Positions 40,547 to 52,936 of a stretch of 64,000 bases of DNA are shown in pieces. Source of the stretch: Macrostomum hystrix (taxonomy: Eukaryota; Animalia; Platyhelminthes); contig CATNEN010000001.1 of NCBI GenBank assembly GCA_950097015.1, forward strand, positions 21,576,001-21,640,000, written 5' to 3'. The notes under the pieces are model-generated. The model did no database searches and was not told where the DNA came from. It saw only the letters and a program-made list of their open reading frames with translations. Position 1 is the first letter of the stretch, and the number at the start of each line of letters is the position of its first letter. The position numbers and the translations under genes were made by a program.

Positions 40547-40603
40547 GGCTCTGTAAATACGAGCGTATATTTTACCAACACTTTTGTCACAAAGCCCTAC
40601 ACT

Positions 40604-40800
40604 AAGGTCCCCGAGCTCGATTCAGAGTTTTGCTGACGCAGCTGCGGAGAGAAGGCATGGGCGCCTGTCGTGTTACACCCTTGAGAGCCAATCTCCAAGG
40701 CCCAGTGAAAGTGTACACTGCCTGACGATGAGAAAGTCAGGGCAGGTGTACACACCTGTGTGAGTATGTGCTCAGGAGTCAGCGCTCGCTGGCTGCTAGT
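40604..40800 (+). mobile_element. SINE family B, truncated, between the TRP paralogs
   Basis: AAGGTCCCCGAGCTCGATTC...GTGTACACTGCCTGACGATGAGAAAGTCAGGGCAG. Confidence 0.8.
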
Positions 40801-41602
40801 CGCCTGTCCCTAAATGATGCCCTGTTGATTGTACGTCACCTTTTTCCGTCGCTCATATCGTCGACAGCTGCTTTGCTTAGTGTTTTTTATACAGTTTTCG
40901 TTGGTGTTTTAATTAATTTTTCCTGTGTTGCTGTGAGAATTCAAATGACAGCCTTTTGGGTATTGGATAAAACTAACATATATTTATATTCGTTTTAATA
41001 ATTCTCTTATATTTCTTTCAAAAGCGTAGCGAAGTAGTAAACATTCAGAGCAACATGCCCAGTGTCTTGACCCCACTATTTTTATTATTCATTTCAGAGC
41101 TCTTAAACAGGAAAACAATGAGACCCAGTAAAACTAAATTGTTGCCACTTCAGCTCTGTTTTCTACACATTGAGAAGGAAATCTGATGTATTTGTTTTGC
41201 ATCAGCAAAGGTGCAAGTGCGCTTGTAAAATGTGGAACAACTGTTCCATGGAAAATATTTACCTGCTTAATTAAATGACTTGGGGATCAATGTCAACACT
41301 TCTTACAAAAGAATATGACACGGAAAGTTCAAATGATTATCATACCAAAAGCCAGTTTAGTATTCTTTAGTAAATTTAGTTCTTTAACGATGCCGTTCGA
41401 TTGTCTGCTAAATAAGCAATTTAATTTTATTGAAAAATATATAAATTTAGCAAATAGAAACGTACAGGAATAATAAAAAAGCATACATTTTCTATTATAT
41501 TCCCTATACAGAGCGTTATAAATAAAGTCTCTACCTTCAGTGCATAAAAAAATAAGAAAAAATGTCATCGTGCCGGTAAATATCAGTTGAGGCAGCGGAT
41601 CG

Positions 41603-44600
41603 TCAGCCCTGTCGCAACAGGCCAATGATGGTGTCGAGCTTGGCGTCCAACTCTTTAATTTTGCGGCGCTGCCGTCTCAGGCGGGCCGCTGTCTTTCGAG
41701 AGCTAGCTTCTGCATCGGCAGCTGCTGTTGGCTCGATAACTGAAGCTGCAGCCGAACGAATGTCCGCGGACAATTTCGCTTCAAGAGCTCGGAGCTTATC
41801 GTCAATAAGGGCCTCCTGTACGACGTTCTGAAAGCGACTCTCAGACTGCTGCTGCTGTTGCTGTTGCTGAACCCGAGTGCCCTGGGCCAGAATCTCCTCA
41901 ACTTTGTCCAACCGGCCGCCCAGCCTCTGAGCAGCCTCTTCCTGCCTGTCAGTGAGGATCGCCAGTCTAGTGTCAAGCCGCTCCTGCAGCGTCTCCAGCA
42001 GGTTGCCCGTGTGCGCTTTCAAGCCGTCAAAGTCGCTTCGGTTCCGAGTGACCTCTCTGGTGAGTTGTGGCCGGCAGCGCCTGAAGCGAGTGGCTTGAAA
42101 CTTCAAGAAGCTCACGTACTCGTCTGGGTAGTCGCGCTCGTTGAGCCACCACTCCTTAAAGCGGTGTTTGTTGTTAATGTAGTTATGAACATCTGTAGAA
42201 GCCCAGGGTCAGAGCTTCTGACTGACTGTTGCTAAAATGGGTACTAGCATCAGTTGGGGTTGAAATTCGGGTGGCCACGGACTAGACTAGACAAGCAGAA
42301 CTACTATAGTATTGATAATTATTTATTACGCCTGTCCCAATAGGGCAAGATGACCAGCCGACAGTTCATACGCAGCGATTACGCGGCGCATCTGTAGATA
42401 TGAAGGCTACGTACGGCTGTTCAGTCCATGGACAAAAATTGTTCTATGGAAATCGGGAATCGAACCACCGACCTTCAAGTCGAGAGTCAGACGCTCTAAC
42501 CATTTGGAAGGGTCGAAGGTCTAAGGATCTAAACATATATTTAGAGTTTGGACTCACATTTTTGTCCGTAGGCTTCACCCGCTTCTGTCTGACCAGCCGC
42601 ACAATGGTCAGAATAATCTCCGTGATGAAGGACAACGGTGGTGGCACCGGTCCCAGCGTCTGGTACTCGCGCAGCATCTCAAAGTAGGTCCTGCGCCAAA
42701 TGCCCAGTGCCCGACTGTCCATTCGGCTGACTCGGAGGCTGAACAGCGCGATAAGCAGATTCACCATCACTATGTTTACCAGCAGCAGAAAAATGAACAG
42801 GAGAAAGTTCTTGAACCAGCTGAGACCTTGCGGGTTGGCGACTTTGCCAATTGTTTGATTGGCAGTCAATGAGGATGACTCAAGTGAAATTTTGTCAAAG
42901 TTTGTAAACAGCAAATTGAAGGGCAGAGTGAATACCTGGAGGAATACCTTCAGGCTATAGTCGCTGCTGTTTACCTCTGCCGGAGGCGAATATATCACAG
43001 GAAACAGTAAGTTAAAGAACAGAACTCCGAAGACGTAGAAAATTACTAGGATGATAGCTAGGAATGGTAGCAGGTCTAGGATTATTAGGCTGCTCAGCAT
43101 TGAGATCACTGGACCCGTTCTTTCGTGGTAGCTTAGAAAAGCTACCGATCGGAATCCCCACAGGGTAAAGGATGTTGTGAGCATCATCTGGCAGGCGTAG
43201 GTTGTGATCTCATCTTCGGTAACGTAGAAAATGATCCACTTCCAGATCAGGCCAATCCAGAGAAACAGAATGGCGAAGAAGTCGAAGAAGTTACTGGCGT
43301 CCTCAAAGTACTTTGGAAGTCTCACTGTTCGCTTGCCTACATAGAATTCTTTGAAACTTCTTCTGCGCCAAATATCCGTGACTTCCTGCACGGTGAAGGA
43401 AGCCGCATACAGCGATAAGACAATATCCGGTACTACAGTCTGAAAAGTCTTTGTAAAGTCGAGGATGTACCAAGCGGCATAGGCCAGGAAGATGACAAAG
43501 GACACATGATGAATGTAATACTTCACTCTGGGCGTGAACGGATTAGTGAATCGCTTGCTCTTGCCGCTAGATTCGGTGAATTGTGGCCGCGGGTGCCAGG
43601 CCTTCTTAGCCGCATTGTGTAGGCATTCCGTCTCTATGATCTCGCTGCAGTCGGACTCTTCCACCATGTCAAACAGAGAAATGTACTCGAACGATGTCTT
43701 GTCGGCGTTTTCACCGCATCGGCATGGAAACAATGGGCCAGGATTCTGTCCTTCATTGTCACGCAGATCACCGCGGATATAGTCAATGAACAGTGTCTTT
43801 TCGTCCTCACTAGCGGACACGTAAAGCTCATCTAGGGCGTTGACAACAATGCAAGATATTTTAGCCTGCAGCTCTTTCAGCTGCTCATGCCTGCCCTGTC
43901 TCTGAGCGATCCTGGGTTTCAGATAGACCAGCAGGCTGATACAAGCTGGTATCAGCTCGAATTGGCGCGTCAAGACGAGGTCGGGCAAGATTTCGGCCTT
44001 GTCAAAGAATGCCGCTATGTCGATTATGGAGAGCTCAGAGATCACACTGAAGAGCTTCTGGTTCATAAACTTGTCTGGATTCGTAAAGTAGCGATTACTG
44101 TCGTATCCTTCTGAGCGAAGCTTCTGGACCAGATACATCGGCAGAGATCTTTCCGTGTCGGAAGTCACCAGATTCAAGCTTAACGCGCTTCTCAAAATGC
44201 GCGATGAGTCTAACTCGAGAGCCCTGAGCAGAACGTCCCAGTCCGTGTGTCCGGTTTCCTTTTTACTTTTGGTTGCCACAGCCTCCTGAAGCTTCTCAGC
44301 GACGCTGGCCGAGGAGCCCCGCCGTTTTTCATGTTTGTCGTCGCACAAGCTTTGTGAATCTCTCTGGCCGTCCATCCTCAACGACTCGTGGGCGATTGAC
44401 GCAATTAGTTGACGCGAATTCGACCGATCGGGAAGTTTGAGAGCCCGATTAGCTGGGTCCACAAGACGCCACAAGTCGGTCCTTGTCAAGCCCTTCTGGC
44501 ACTCTTCAGCAACTTCTAGCACTTCGTCAAGTTTCCCCTTCTCGTAGGCGTAGTCGATGCAGGACAGGCCAGTGTGGGTCACTGTTTGCAACATCAGCCC

Positions 44601-46499
44601 CTGCCGAAGTAGATATCGAATATTATCTTTGTTGCCCGATTCGCATGCAAAGTGCAGGCAAGTGGCTCCCTTGTTGGCATCCATGGTGACCGTGAGGCGC
44701 AGAAGGTCTGGCACTTGCAGCTCGGACAGTTTCGCCAGCGGCTTCACAATCTCCCTGAGCTTGTATCGGCTGGCAAATGCGTGGACCGCATGGAGACCGC
44801 TGGAGTTATTCAGCAACTGCTTGAACATCTTCTTGGAATTTTCACTCGTCATCGCTTTCATCAAGATTAGCGCGAGGCAACGTTCGAGCATAGTAGTACC
44901 ATGCAGACAGTTCTGGCCGATGTTGTTTTCCGTAAGCAGCCTGACCCCGGCACCAACTAGCGTCATCATCATCGACAAGAACTCTTGGATCTCGTTGTCA
45001 GTGTGACGATGCTTCTCGCTCTGAAACAGCGAGTGCAGAAGAGTGTTTCCGTCGCCATCTACTTTCAGAATTTCAGCCGGGGCCATTTTGAGCAGGTGGC
45101 TGGCCGCTGAGGCACTACACGAGCTGACAGCTAAGAACAGTACCGACTGCTTCTTGTTGTTCTGCCAGCTGAGGCACCACCAGCCGACAGCTTGGACAGC
45201 TGTCAGCACTATGTCAATCTTGTTGTCGCTGCGAACTGCTTCATGCAGGCAGGTATTTCCGTCCTCGTCGTGAAGGCTTAAACAGTCGGAGTTGGCAGCC
45301 TGCACGAGCTTCTTAGAGACATCCGTGCTGCATTTGAGCACGGCATGATGCAGCACTGACTGCTTTCTGGCATTTTGCCAGGTCAGACACTCGGCTCCAA
45401 CTACGTCCAAGGCGGTCAAAATGATCTCTTCCTTGCTGCTATCGATCATGTGCAAGCAAGTGCCCCCAGTTTCGTCTTTCAGACTTAGGACCTCAGAACT
45501 AGCGAGGGTGACAAGTTTCTTCGCAACCTCCACGCTGCAATCGAACAATTTTCTCTGGAGCACTGACAGCTTCCTGTAGTTCTGCCAGCCGAGACAAACT
45601 GGTCCGCCTGCCTCTATGGCTGCAAAAATCACGGCATCGTCGGGGTTCTGCGCCGCATAATGCGCCCAGGTGTTGCCCTCATCGTCTTTGAGAGCTAGAA
45701 CCTCGGAACCAGACATTGCGAGTAGCAGTTGAGCAGTTTCGGCGTCACAGTTGGCCAAGGCTTCACTTAGTACAGAACAGCGTTTCGCATTTGTCCAACC
45801 GAGACATTGCTGGCCGATCACTTCAATTACTGGCAGAATCGCATTTTTGTTGCGCCTGTTTCTGCCAGCCCAGTGACCGCAAGTGTCACCGTTGGTGTCC
45901 TTCAACTCCAAAGTCTTGCGTTTGACCTGCGTGAGGTACGGGCCGAAGGTATTGCAAGTATGGTAGCGGGAGGCAAAGTGCAGCGGTGTCAGCTTAGCTT
46001 TGTCTGCGTCCGCTAGGCACTCGATGCCGATTAAGTTGACTAGCAACTGAAGAGTCACTTGACCTTTGGAGTGCATTGCTGCATAGTGGGCTGCGGTTCT
46101 CTTACTGCGGGGATCGCGATCCAGTGAGACAGTGGCACCGCCGGAGCTCGCCAGCTCCTTCAACAGCTGGTTGGCTGCATCGAACTGAAAGCTGCGAGTC
46201 AGGCGCAGCAGGCGCTGCGCTGGCGGGAGGGCCTGTTGCTCACCGTCGGGGCCCAGAACAAACTCCGCTCTGGTGTCCGCGTTGGCGTCATTCTCTGGTG
46301 ACTCGTTAGAGTCCGAGTCGTCCTTCCAGCAATCTTCACTGTCATATTCTTCGTCTGTCTCCGCCGCTACCTTACCGGCGTCTTCCGAATGTGCTGACGA
46401 AGAACTGACATCGTCGTCGTCTTGATCATCACTAGAGAGCTCCGATTCGTCACCGGAGAGTCGTTGACCCTTCTTGAGACTGGCTTTATCCGCTGACAT
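41603..46499 (-). CDS. Ankyrin-repeat TRP cation channel, long paralog, exons 46499-42558 and 42154-41603 (~1497 aa; extra upstream exon(s) possible)
   Basis: Acidic N-terminus, many ankyrin repeats, 6 TM segments, NIVMVNLLIALF, IWRRTYFEMLREYQTLGPVPPPLS, coiled coil. The phase-0 intron matches the paralog's last intron, but its AAG acceptor is weak. An in-frame candidate exon at ~46636-46701 may extend the N-terminus. Confidence 0.85.
42325..42502 (-). mobile_element. SINE family A, internally deleted, in TRP intron
   Basis: Minus strand TGGTTAGAGCGTCTGACTCTCGACTTGAAGGTCGGTGGTTCGATTCCCGA joined to GTCCATGGACTGAACAGC. Confidence 0.8.
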
Positions 46500-47472
46500 A
46501 ATCAAAGCCCGTCCTTTTCTCCTGCTGAATAGCAAACGCAGGTAGGTGTTTTTCAGATAGAATAAAATACAAAAGGCTACAATACTATTTTTACAGAGAC
46601 CTTTAAATAAAAAGACGAGTTAAAAAATAACCTACTTTTCGGAAGAAATGAGCTTCTCAGGGACTCTTGCCTTGTTGATGATCTTGAAGTACTTCTTCGC
46701 TTCTAAATATTAGTACTACTAAGCTTAAAAATATTTAATAATCAAGCACTAATTTATTTGGAAACTACGAGTATTATAGGGCCAGTTGTGTTGCAAACTG
46801 GAGGTGAGGGGTTAGGTACTGCGGGGTTGGCCTGTTTCTACAGCGCATTGTTCTCCATCGTACACGATTCTCGCTGGCACGTAGCTTTCCTAGAAAGAAA
46901 CAAAAAATTTCTTTTTAACGTCTAGTTACTGAAGATGTTTCAGTGTCACAAAATGCTAAACCCTGGAATGAGTCTGCTTGGACATTAGCCGAATATTTTT
47001 TGCCGCCAAGTAAAATAAAAAATGAAAAAATATTTTCTACACAGCGAATTTGATTCCATTGTTAGGAATGGAGCAGCCTTTTATTCATTGCCCGCAATCC
47101 TAGTATAGCGTGGCCATCAAATTAGTCTATTCTTTAACCCTTCTGCTTGCATACTCAGACAGAACTTTGAACTGGCAGTTGCTAGGCTGGACCTTAAACT
47201 TCACAGTTAAATAGATCTGTTCCAAACGTGTGCATGAATCTTTTCGAATTCAATTGAAGCATGCACTGGACTCGATCTCAATCTCAATCTCAATCGATGT
47301 CAACTATTCTCAGGACACGGGAGAGATGAGTCACTGGAGACATGAGACACGGGACAAGGAGAGACACGAGACACGGACAGATGATACATGAGAGAAATGA
47401 GACACAGGAGAGATTTGACACGAGAGAGATGAGACGTCTGTAATTGAAAAGGCAGTATCTTCACCCACTGTG

Positions 47473-47610
47473 AAAAAGGTGGGTGTCGTCTTAGAGCAGG
47501 CGATTATCACCGAATCGAACCGCACAGTGTAGGATGTTCATTCGACCGGACAGCAACGGACCAAAGGTTACTGCTAGCTCAAGACCACCTCGCCTGCTCT
47601 GTGGCCCACC
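47473..47610 (-). ncRNA. Candidate structured small RNA, copy A
   Basis: GGTGGGCCAC-AGAGCAGGCGA...TCGCCTGCTCT-AAGACGACACCCACC-TTTTT; loop motif TTGAGCTAGCAGTAAC. Confidence 0.65.
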
Positions 47611-47682
47611 GCTTGAGCTGCGCACCGGCTGTGTTGATTATTTTAATGCAGCCAGAGTCGCCCATGACCATCGCCCATCGCA

Positions 47683-48281
47683 TACTCAGCAACAGCTAAA
47701 CCCCCCCAACTCACGCTGTCACACGGGCACAAAAGTTAAGCAATGTCTTTAATTCTAGTCTCAGTATCGTGTGTAGGAACCACGAGCATGCAAAAGTGCC
47801 ATGACTCGTCGTGGCATCCTGATCACCAGCCGGTTGATGAACTCTTGGGGCAGCTGCTGCCATGCATTCAGCACCGCCAGTCGCAACTGTTCAGCATTCT
47901 GTGGGTCATCCTGCTGAACTCTTCGCTTTACAAAGTCCCAGACATGCTCGATGGGGTTCATGTCTGGAGACTTTGACGGCCAGTTCAATGTGCGAATGCC
48001 GAGCTGCTCCTTCAGCAGCTGCACGTGTGCTGCTCGATGTGGCGCAGCGTTGTCGTCTTGAAGCATGCAGTTCTGCGGGCCGCCAAAGGTTGTCGTAGCA
48101 AATGTCGTAGCAACCAGTGGGTTGAGTTGCGCCATGCACCCCCTCCCCAAATCCCCATGCCGCACTTTGCGCTCGCGTCTGGCGGCGGCAGCCTTCACAC
48201 ATTTCTGAGTCACCGATGGCATACAAAACTTTTGGGCCGTGTGACAGCGTGAGTTGGGGAGGGTTTAGCTGTTGCTGAGTA
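47683..48281 (-). mobile_element. Internally deleted Tc1 (DD34E) transposon, ~600 bp
   Basis: ~55-bp TIRs (TACTCAGCAACAGCTAAACCC..CAACTCACGCTGTCACACGG..CAAAAGTT) with TA at the ends; retains QDDNAAPH...WPSKSPDMNPIEHVW with 34 aa between D and E. Confidence 0.93.
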
Positions 48282-48677
48282 TAGATTACGCAGGTGCAGA
48301 CAAATTTGGACTTCTCATCCACAGTACACTACTGACAGATGAAAGTGAGTAGGATTCAATGTAAATTTTGATGGCTGCTTTTCCAACGAAAAATATCACT
48401 TGAAATAGAATATTTGAGAGTAATAGCTTATAGTAGGATAGTGCCAAAAATCTCGAGCAGAAGAACTGAAGAATTTCCTGAGTCGTCCTGTCGGAAACGT
48501 TGGCGCGTACGACTTCAGCACCAGGGAGCTGATGTACCTTAATTACCCGCATACCTCAACGACGTCTCCGTTCGGCAGAGCTAGTGCAGGGGCAGTGCCA
48601 AAAGTTTGTCTCAGGAGCCATGTGACATTTCAGAAAAAAGTCTCACAAAATGTTAATAAAAAGCAAAGCGGGCATCT

Positions 48678-48722
48678 AAACTGGGTGCCGATTCGGAGCA
48701 GGGAATGTTGCCGGGTCCGACT
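48678..48722 (-). pseudogene. Small RNA copy B, 3' half only
   Basis: Plus strand CTGGGTGCCGATTCGGAGCAGGGAATGTTGCCGGGTC matches the other copies; the rest is replaced by the 38-bp satellite. Confidence 0.65.
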
Positions 48723-48751
48723 AGACTAACTAAATTTGCTCGCATGTACAT

Positions 48752-51700
48752 AGCACCAAATAAACAACACAGTACCCATTAAAGTGCACAGCACCGAATA
48801 CACCACACAGTACCCATTAAAATGCACAGCACTGAATAAACCACACAGTACCCATTAAAGTGCACAGCACTGAATTAACCACACAGTACCCATTAAAGTG
48901 CACAGCACCGAATAAACCACACAGTACCCATTAAAGTGCACAGCACCGAATACACCACACAGTACCCATTAAAGTGCACAGCACCAAATAAACAACACAG
49001 TACCCATTAAAGTGCACAGCACCGAATACACCACACAGTACCCATTAAAATGCACAGCACTGAATAAACAACACAGTACCCATTAAAGTGCACAGCACTG
49101 AATAAACCACACAGTACCCATTAAAGTGCACAGCACCGAATAAACCACACAGTACCCATTAAAGTGCACAGCACTGAATAAACCACACAGTACCCATTAA
49201 AGTGCACAGCACCGAATAAACCACACAGTACCCATTAAAGTGCACAGCACCGAATAAACCACACAGTACCCATTAAAGTGCACAGCACCGAATAAACCAC
49301 ACAGTACCCATTAAAGTGCACAGCACCGAATAAACCACACAGTACCCATTAAAGTGCACAGCACCGAATAAACCACACAGTACCCATTAAAGTGCACAGC
49401 ACTGAATAAACCACACAGTACCCATTAAAGTGCACAGCACCGAATAAACCACACAGTACCCATTAAAGTGCACAGCACCGAATAAACCACACAGTACCCA
49501 TTAAAGTGCACAGCACTGAATAAACCACACAGTACCCATTAAAGTGCACAGCACCGAATACACCACACAGTACCCATTAAAGTGCACAGCACTGAATAAA
49601 CCAAACAGTACCCATTAAAGTGCACAGCACTGAATAAACCACACAGTACCCATTAAAGTGCACAGCACTGAATAAACCACACAGTACCCAATAAAGTGCA
49701 CAGCACTGAATAAACCACACAGTACCCATTAAAGTGCACAGCACCGAATAAACCACACAGTACCCATTAAAGTGCACAGCACTGAATAAACCACACAGTA
49801 CCCATTAAAGTGCACAGCACTGAATAAACCACACAGTACCCATTAAAGTGCACAGCACCGAATACACCACACAGTACCCATTAAAGTGCACAGCACTGAA
49901 TAAACCACACAGTACCCATTAAAGTGCACAGCACCGAATAAACCACACAGTACCCATTAAAGTGCACAGCACCGAATAAACCACACAGTACCCATTAAAG
50001 TGCACAGCACCGAATACACCACACAGTACCCATTAAAGTGCACAGCACTGAATAAACCACACAGTACCCATTAAAGTGCACAGCACCGAATAAACCACAC
50101 AGTACCCATTAAAGTGCACAGCACCGAATAAACCACACAGTACCCATTAAAGTGCACAGCACCGAATAAACCACACAGTACCCATTAAAGTGCACAGCAC
50201 CGAATAAACCACACAGTACCCATTAAAGTGCACAGCACCGAATAAACCACACAGTACCCATTAAAGTGCACAGCACCGAATAAACCACACAGCACCCATT
50301 AAAGTGCACAGCACTGAATAAACCACATAGTACCCATTAAAGTGCACAGCACTGAATAAACCACACAGTACCCATTAAAGTGCACAGCACTGAATAAACC
50401 ACACAGTACCCATTAAAGTGCACAGCACTGAATAAACCACACAGTACCCATTAAAGTGCACAGCACTGAATAAACCACACAGTACCCATTAAAGTGCACA
50501 GCACCGAATAAACCACACAGTACCCATTAAAGTGCACAGCACTGAATAAACCACACAGTACCCATTAAAGTGCACAGCACTGAATAAACCACACAGTACC
50601 CATTAAAGTGCACAGCACCGAATAAACCACACAGTACCCATTAAAGTGCACAGCACCGAATACACCACACAGTACCCATTAAAGTGCACAGCACTGAATA
50701 AACCAAACAGTACCCATTAAAGTGCACAGCACTGAATAAACCACACAGTACCCATTAAAGTGCACAGCACTGAATAAACCACACAGTACCCATTAAAGTG
50801 CACAGCACTGAATAAACCACACAGTACCCATTAAAGTGCACAGCACTGAATAAACCACACAGTACCCATTAAAGTGCACAGCACCGTATAAACCACACAG
50901 TACCCATTAAAGTGCACAGCACTGAATAAACCACACAGTACCCATTAAAGTGCACAGCACCGAATAAACCACACAGTACCCATTAAAGTGCACAGCACCG
51001 AATAAACCACACAGTACCCATTAAAGTGCACAGCACCGAATAAACCACACAGTACCCATTAAAGTGCACAGCACCGAATAAACCACACAGTACCCATTAA
51101 AGTGCACAGCACCGAATAAACCACACAGTACCCATTAAAGTGCACAGCACCGAATAAACCACACAGTACCCATTAAAGTGCACAGCACTGAATAAACCAC
51201 ACAGTACCCATTAAAGTGCACAGCACCGAATAAACCACACAGTACCCATTAAAGTGCACAGCACCGAATACACCACACAGTACCCATTAAAGTGCACAGC
51301 ACTGAATAAACCAAACAGTACCCATTAAAGTGCACAGCACTGAATAAACCACACAGTACCCATTAAAGTGCACAGCACTGAATAAACCACACAGTACCCA
51401 TTAAAGTGCACAGCACTGAATAAACCACATAGTACCCATTAAAGTGCACAGCACTGAATTAACCACACAGTACCCATTAAAGTGCACAGCACTGAATAAA
51501 CCACACAGTACCCATTAAAGTGCACAGCACTGAATAAACCACACAGTACCCATTAAAGTGCACAGCACTGAATAAACCACACAGTACCCATTAAAGTGCA
51601 CAGCACCGAATAAACCACACAGTACCCATTAAAGTGCACAGCACTGAATAAACCACACAGTACCCATTAAAGTGCACAGCACTGAATAAACCACACAGTA

Positions 51701-51978
51701 CCCATTAAAGTGCACAGCACCGAATAAACCACACAGTACCCATTAAAGTGCACAGCACTGAATAAACAACACAGTACCCATTAAAGTGCACAGCACCGTA
51801 TAAACCACACAGTACCCATTAAAGTGCACAGCACCGTATAAACCACACAGTACCCATTAAAGTGCACAGCACTGAATAAACCACACAGTACCCATTAAAG
51901 TGCACAGCACCGTATAAACCACACAGTACCCATTAAAGTGCACAGCACCGAATAAACCACACAGTACCCATTAAAGTG
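48752..51978. repeat. 3.2-kb satellite, 38-bp unit (CACAGTACCCATTAAAGTGCACAGCAC(C/T)GAATAAACCA), ~85 copies
   Basis: Highly homogeneous tandem array without unique spacers. Confidence 0.98.
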
Positions 51979-52167
51979 ATAAGAAGTTTTTCACTGTCAA
52001 CTGGGAAAAGCTATTGCTCGATGCAGATCGAAATGCATCGAGTTAAAGATCGAACATCAGTCTTACCTATTAGGTATTCTCCAGACAATTAGAAAACCTA
52101 CTAATTATTGGGCAAATACATATTTCAGAAAAAATGAGTTTGACCAAAAGCAAAGCTAGCTGGTGGC

Positions 52168-52292
52168 AAAAGTGGGTGTCAATTTAGAGCAGGGAATTTT
52201 GCCGGGTCGGACCAGACGACATGTCCAGCCGACCCGACAGAGTGAGGAGTTGCTGCTGGCTCAAGCCCAAACTCCCTGCTCTGCGGCCCACC
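52168..52292 (-). ncRNA. Candidate structured small RNA, copy C (Y/sbRNA-like architecture)
   Basis: GGTGGGCCGC-AGAGCAGGGAG-TTTGGGCTTGAGCCAGCAGCAACTCC-[hairpin TGTCGGGTCGG/CCGACCCGGCA]-TTCCCTGCTCT-AAATTGACACCCAC-TTTT. Confidence 0.75.
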
Positions 52293-52315
52293 GGTTGAGT
52301 TAAGCACGGACTCAG

Positions 52316-52411
52316 CTATTTGAATCCAATTGAAGCTAATCTCGCAAGCGGCTCAGCTAGTGCTGCGTAAATTTTCGTCCCCGTGCGCATCATGCTACTG
52401 AGTGTGAGTAG
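52316..52411 (-). promoter_or_regulatory. Putative external Pol III promoter of copy C (TATA-like, PSE-like, CTACT..AGTAG dyad)
   Basis: Motifs conserved at equivalent distances next to copies C, E, F, G, H while the spacers diverge. Confidence 0.55.
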
Positions 52412-52696
52412 GCTTCGCTTTTGTTTGTGTCTTGGTCAAGCATTTACTACAGCCTCGAAACTTCACAAAAGCACAGATATGAGAAGAAACAGTGTTTTAA
52501 TACCTGTGACGAATCCGAATCGTCATTTATTTGTGCTTCGCTAAATAGTTTTAATGTTATGGCTTACCAAAAATCCTTCTACTCAACATTTTTATCTGAG
52601 AATGAGCAGATCTACGACGCTTGGTGACTGAGATAAGATTTCATTAAATTTCAGATGTAAAAATCACGAAAAAATAGAGAAGCAAGGATCGACCAT

Positions 52697-52770
52697 AAAA
52701 AGTTGGTGCCGGTTTGGCAAGTGAATGCTAGAAATTGCTTTTGGCTCAAGTTCAGATATCCCGGCCCACC
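52697..52770 (-). pseudogene. Small RNA copy D, internally deleted
   Basis: Retains GGTGGGCCG, TTGAGCCAAAAGCAATT and a terminal T5, but lacks the upper stem and variable hairpin. Confidence 0.55.
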
Positions 52771-52936
52771 TACTCAAATTCGTGCTTTCCGTCATTCTAC
52801 GCTCTTGATTCAAATTTTACGAGCTACAATGAAAACCAATTCTCAGAGCAGTCAATCTGCAAAAGTACTAGTAAAAGTAAATGTGCATCATGTTCACGGA
52901 AGGCTGTCAGCTGCCAGGGCAAGAAAAAGCTGCAGC

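Noticed and set aside
42444-42557. C-terminus of the 1363-aa ORF as the true channel end
   Set aside because: Read-through past a GTGAGT donor into an intronic SINE; the homologous last exon is at 42154-41603.
48752-51978. CRISPR-like array (38-bp repeats); also the 46-bp array at 60976-62181
   Set aside because: Units are head-to-tail with no unique spacers, no cas genes, and the context is eukaryotic.
52172-52292. Small-RNA copies as plus-strand Sm-class RNA (AATTTTG), SL RNA or HDV-like ribozyme
   Set aside because: The Sm-like motif is absent from copies A, F and H; no conserved splice donor; I could not fit an HDV nested pseudoknot; G-U asymmetry and terminators favour the minus strand.
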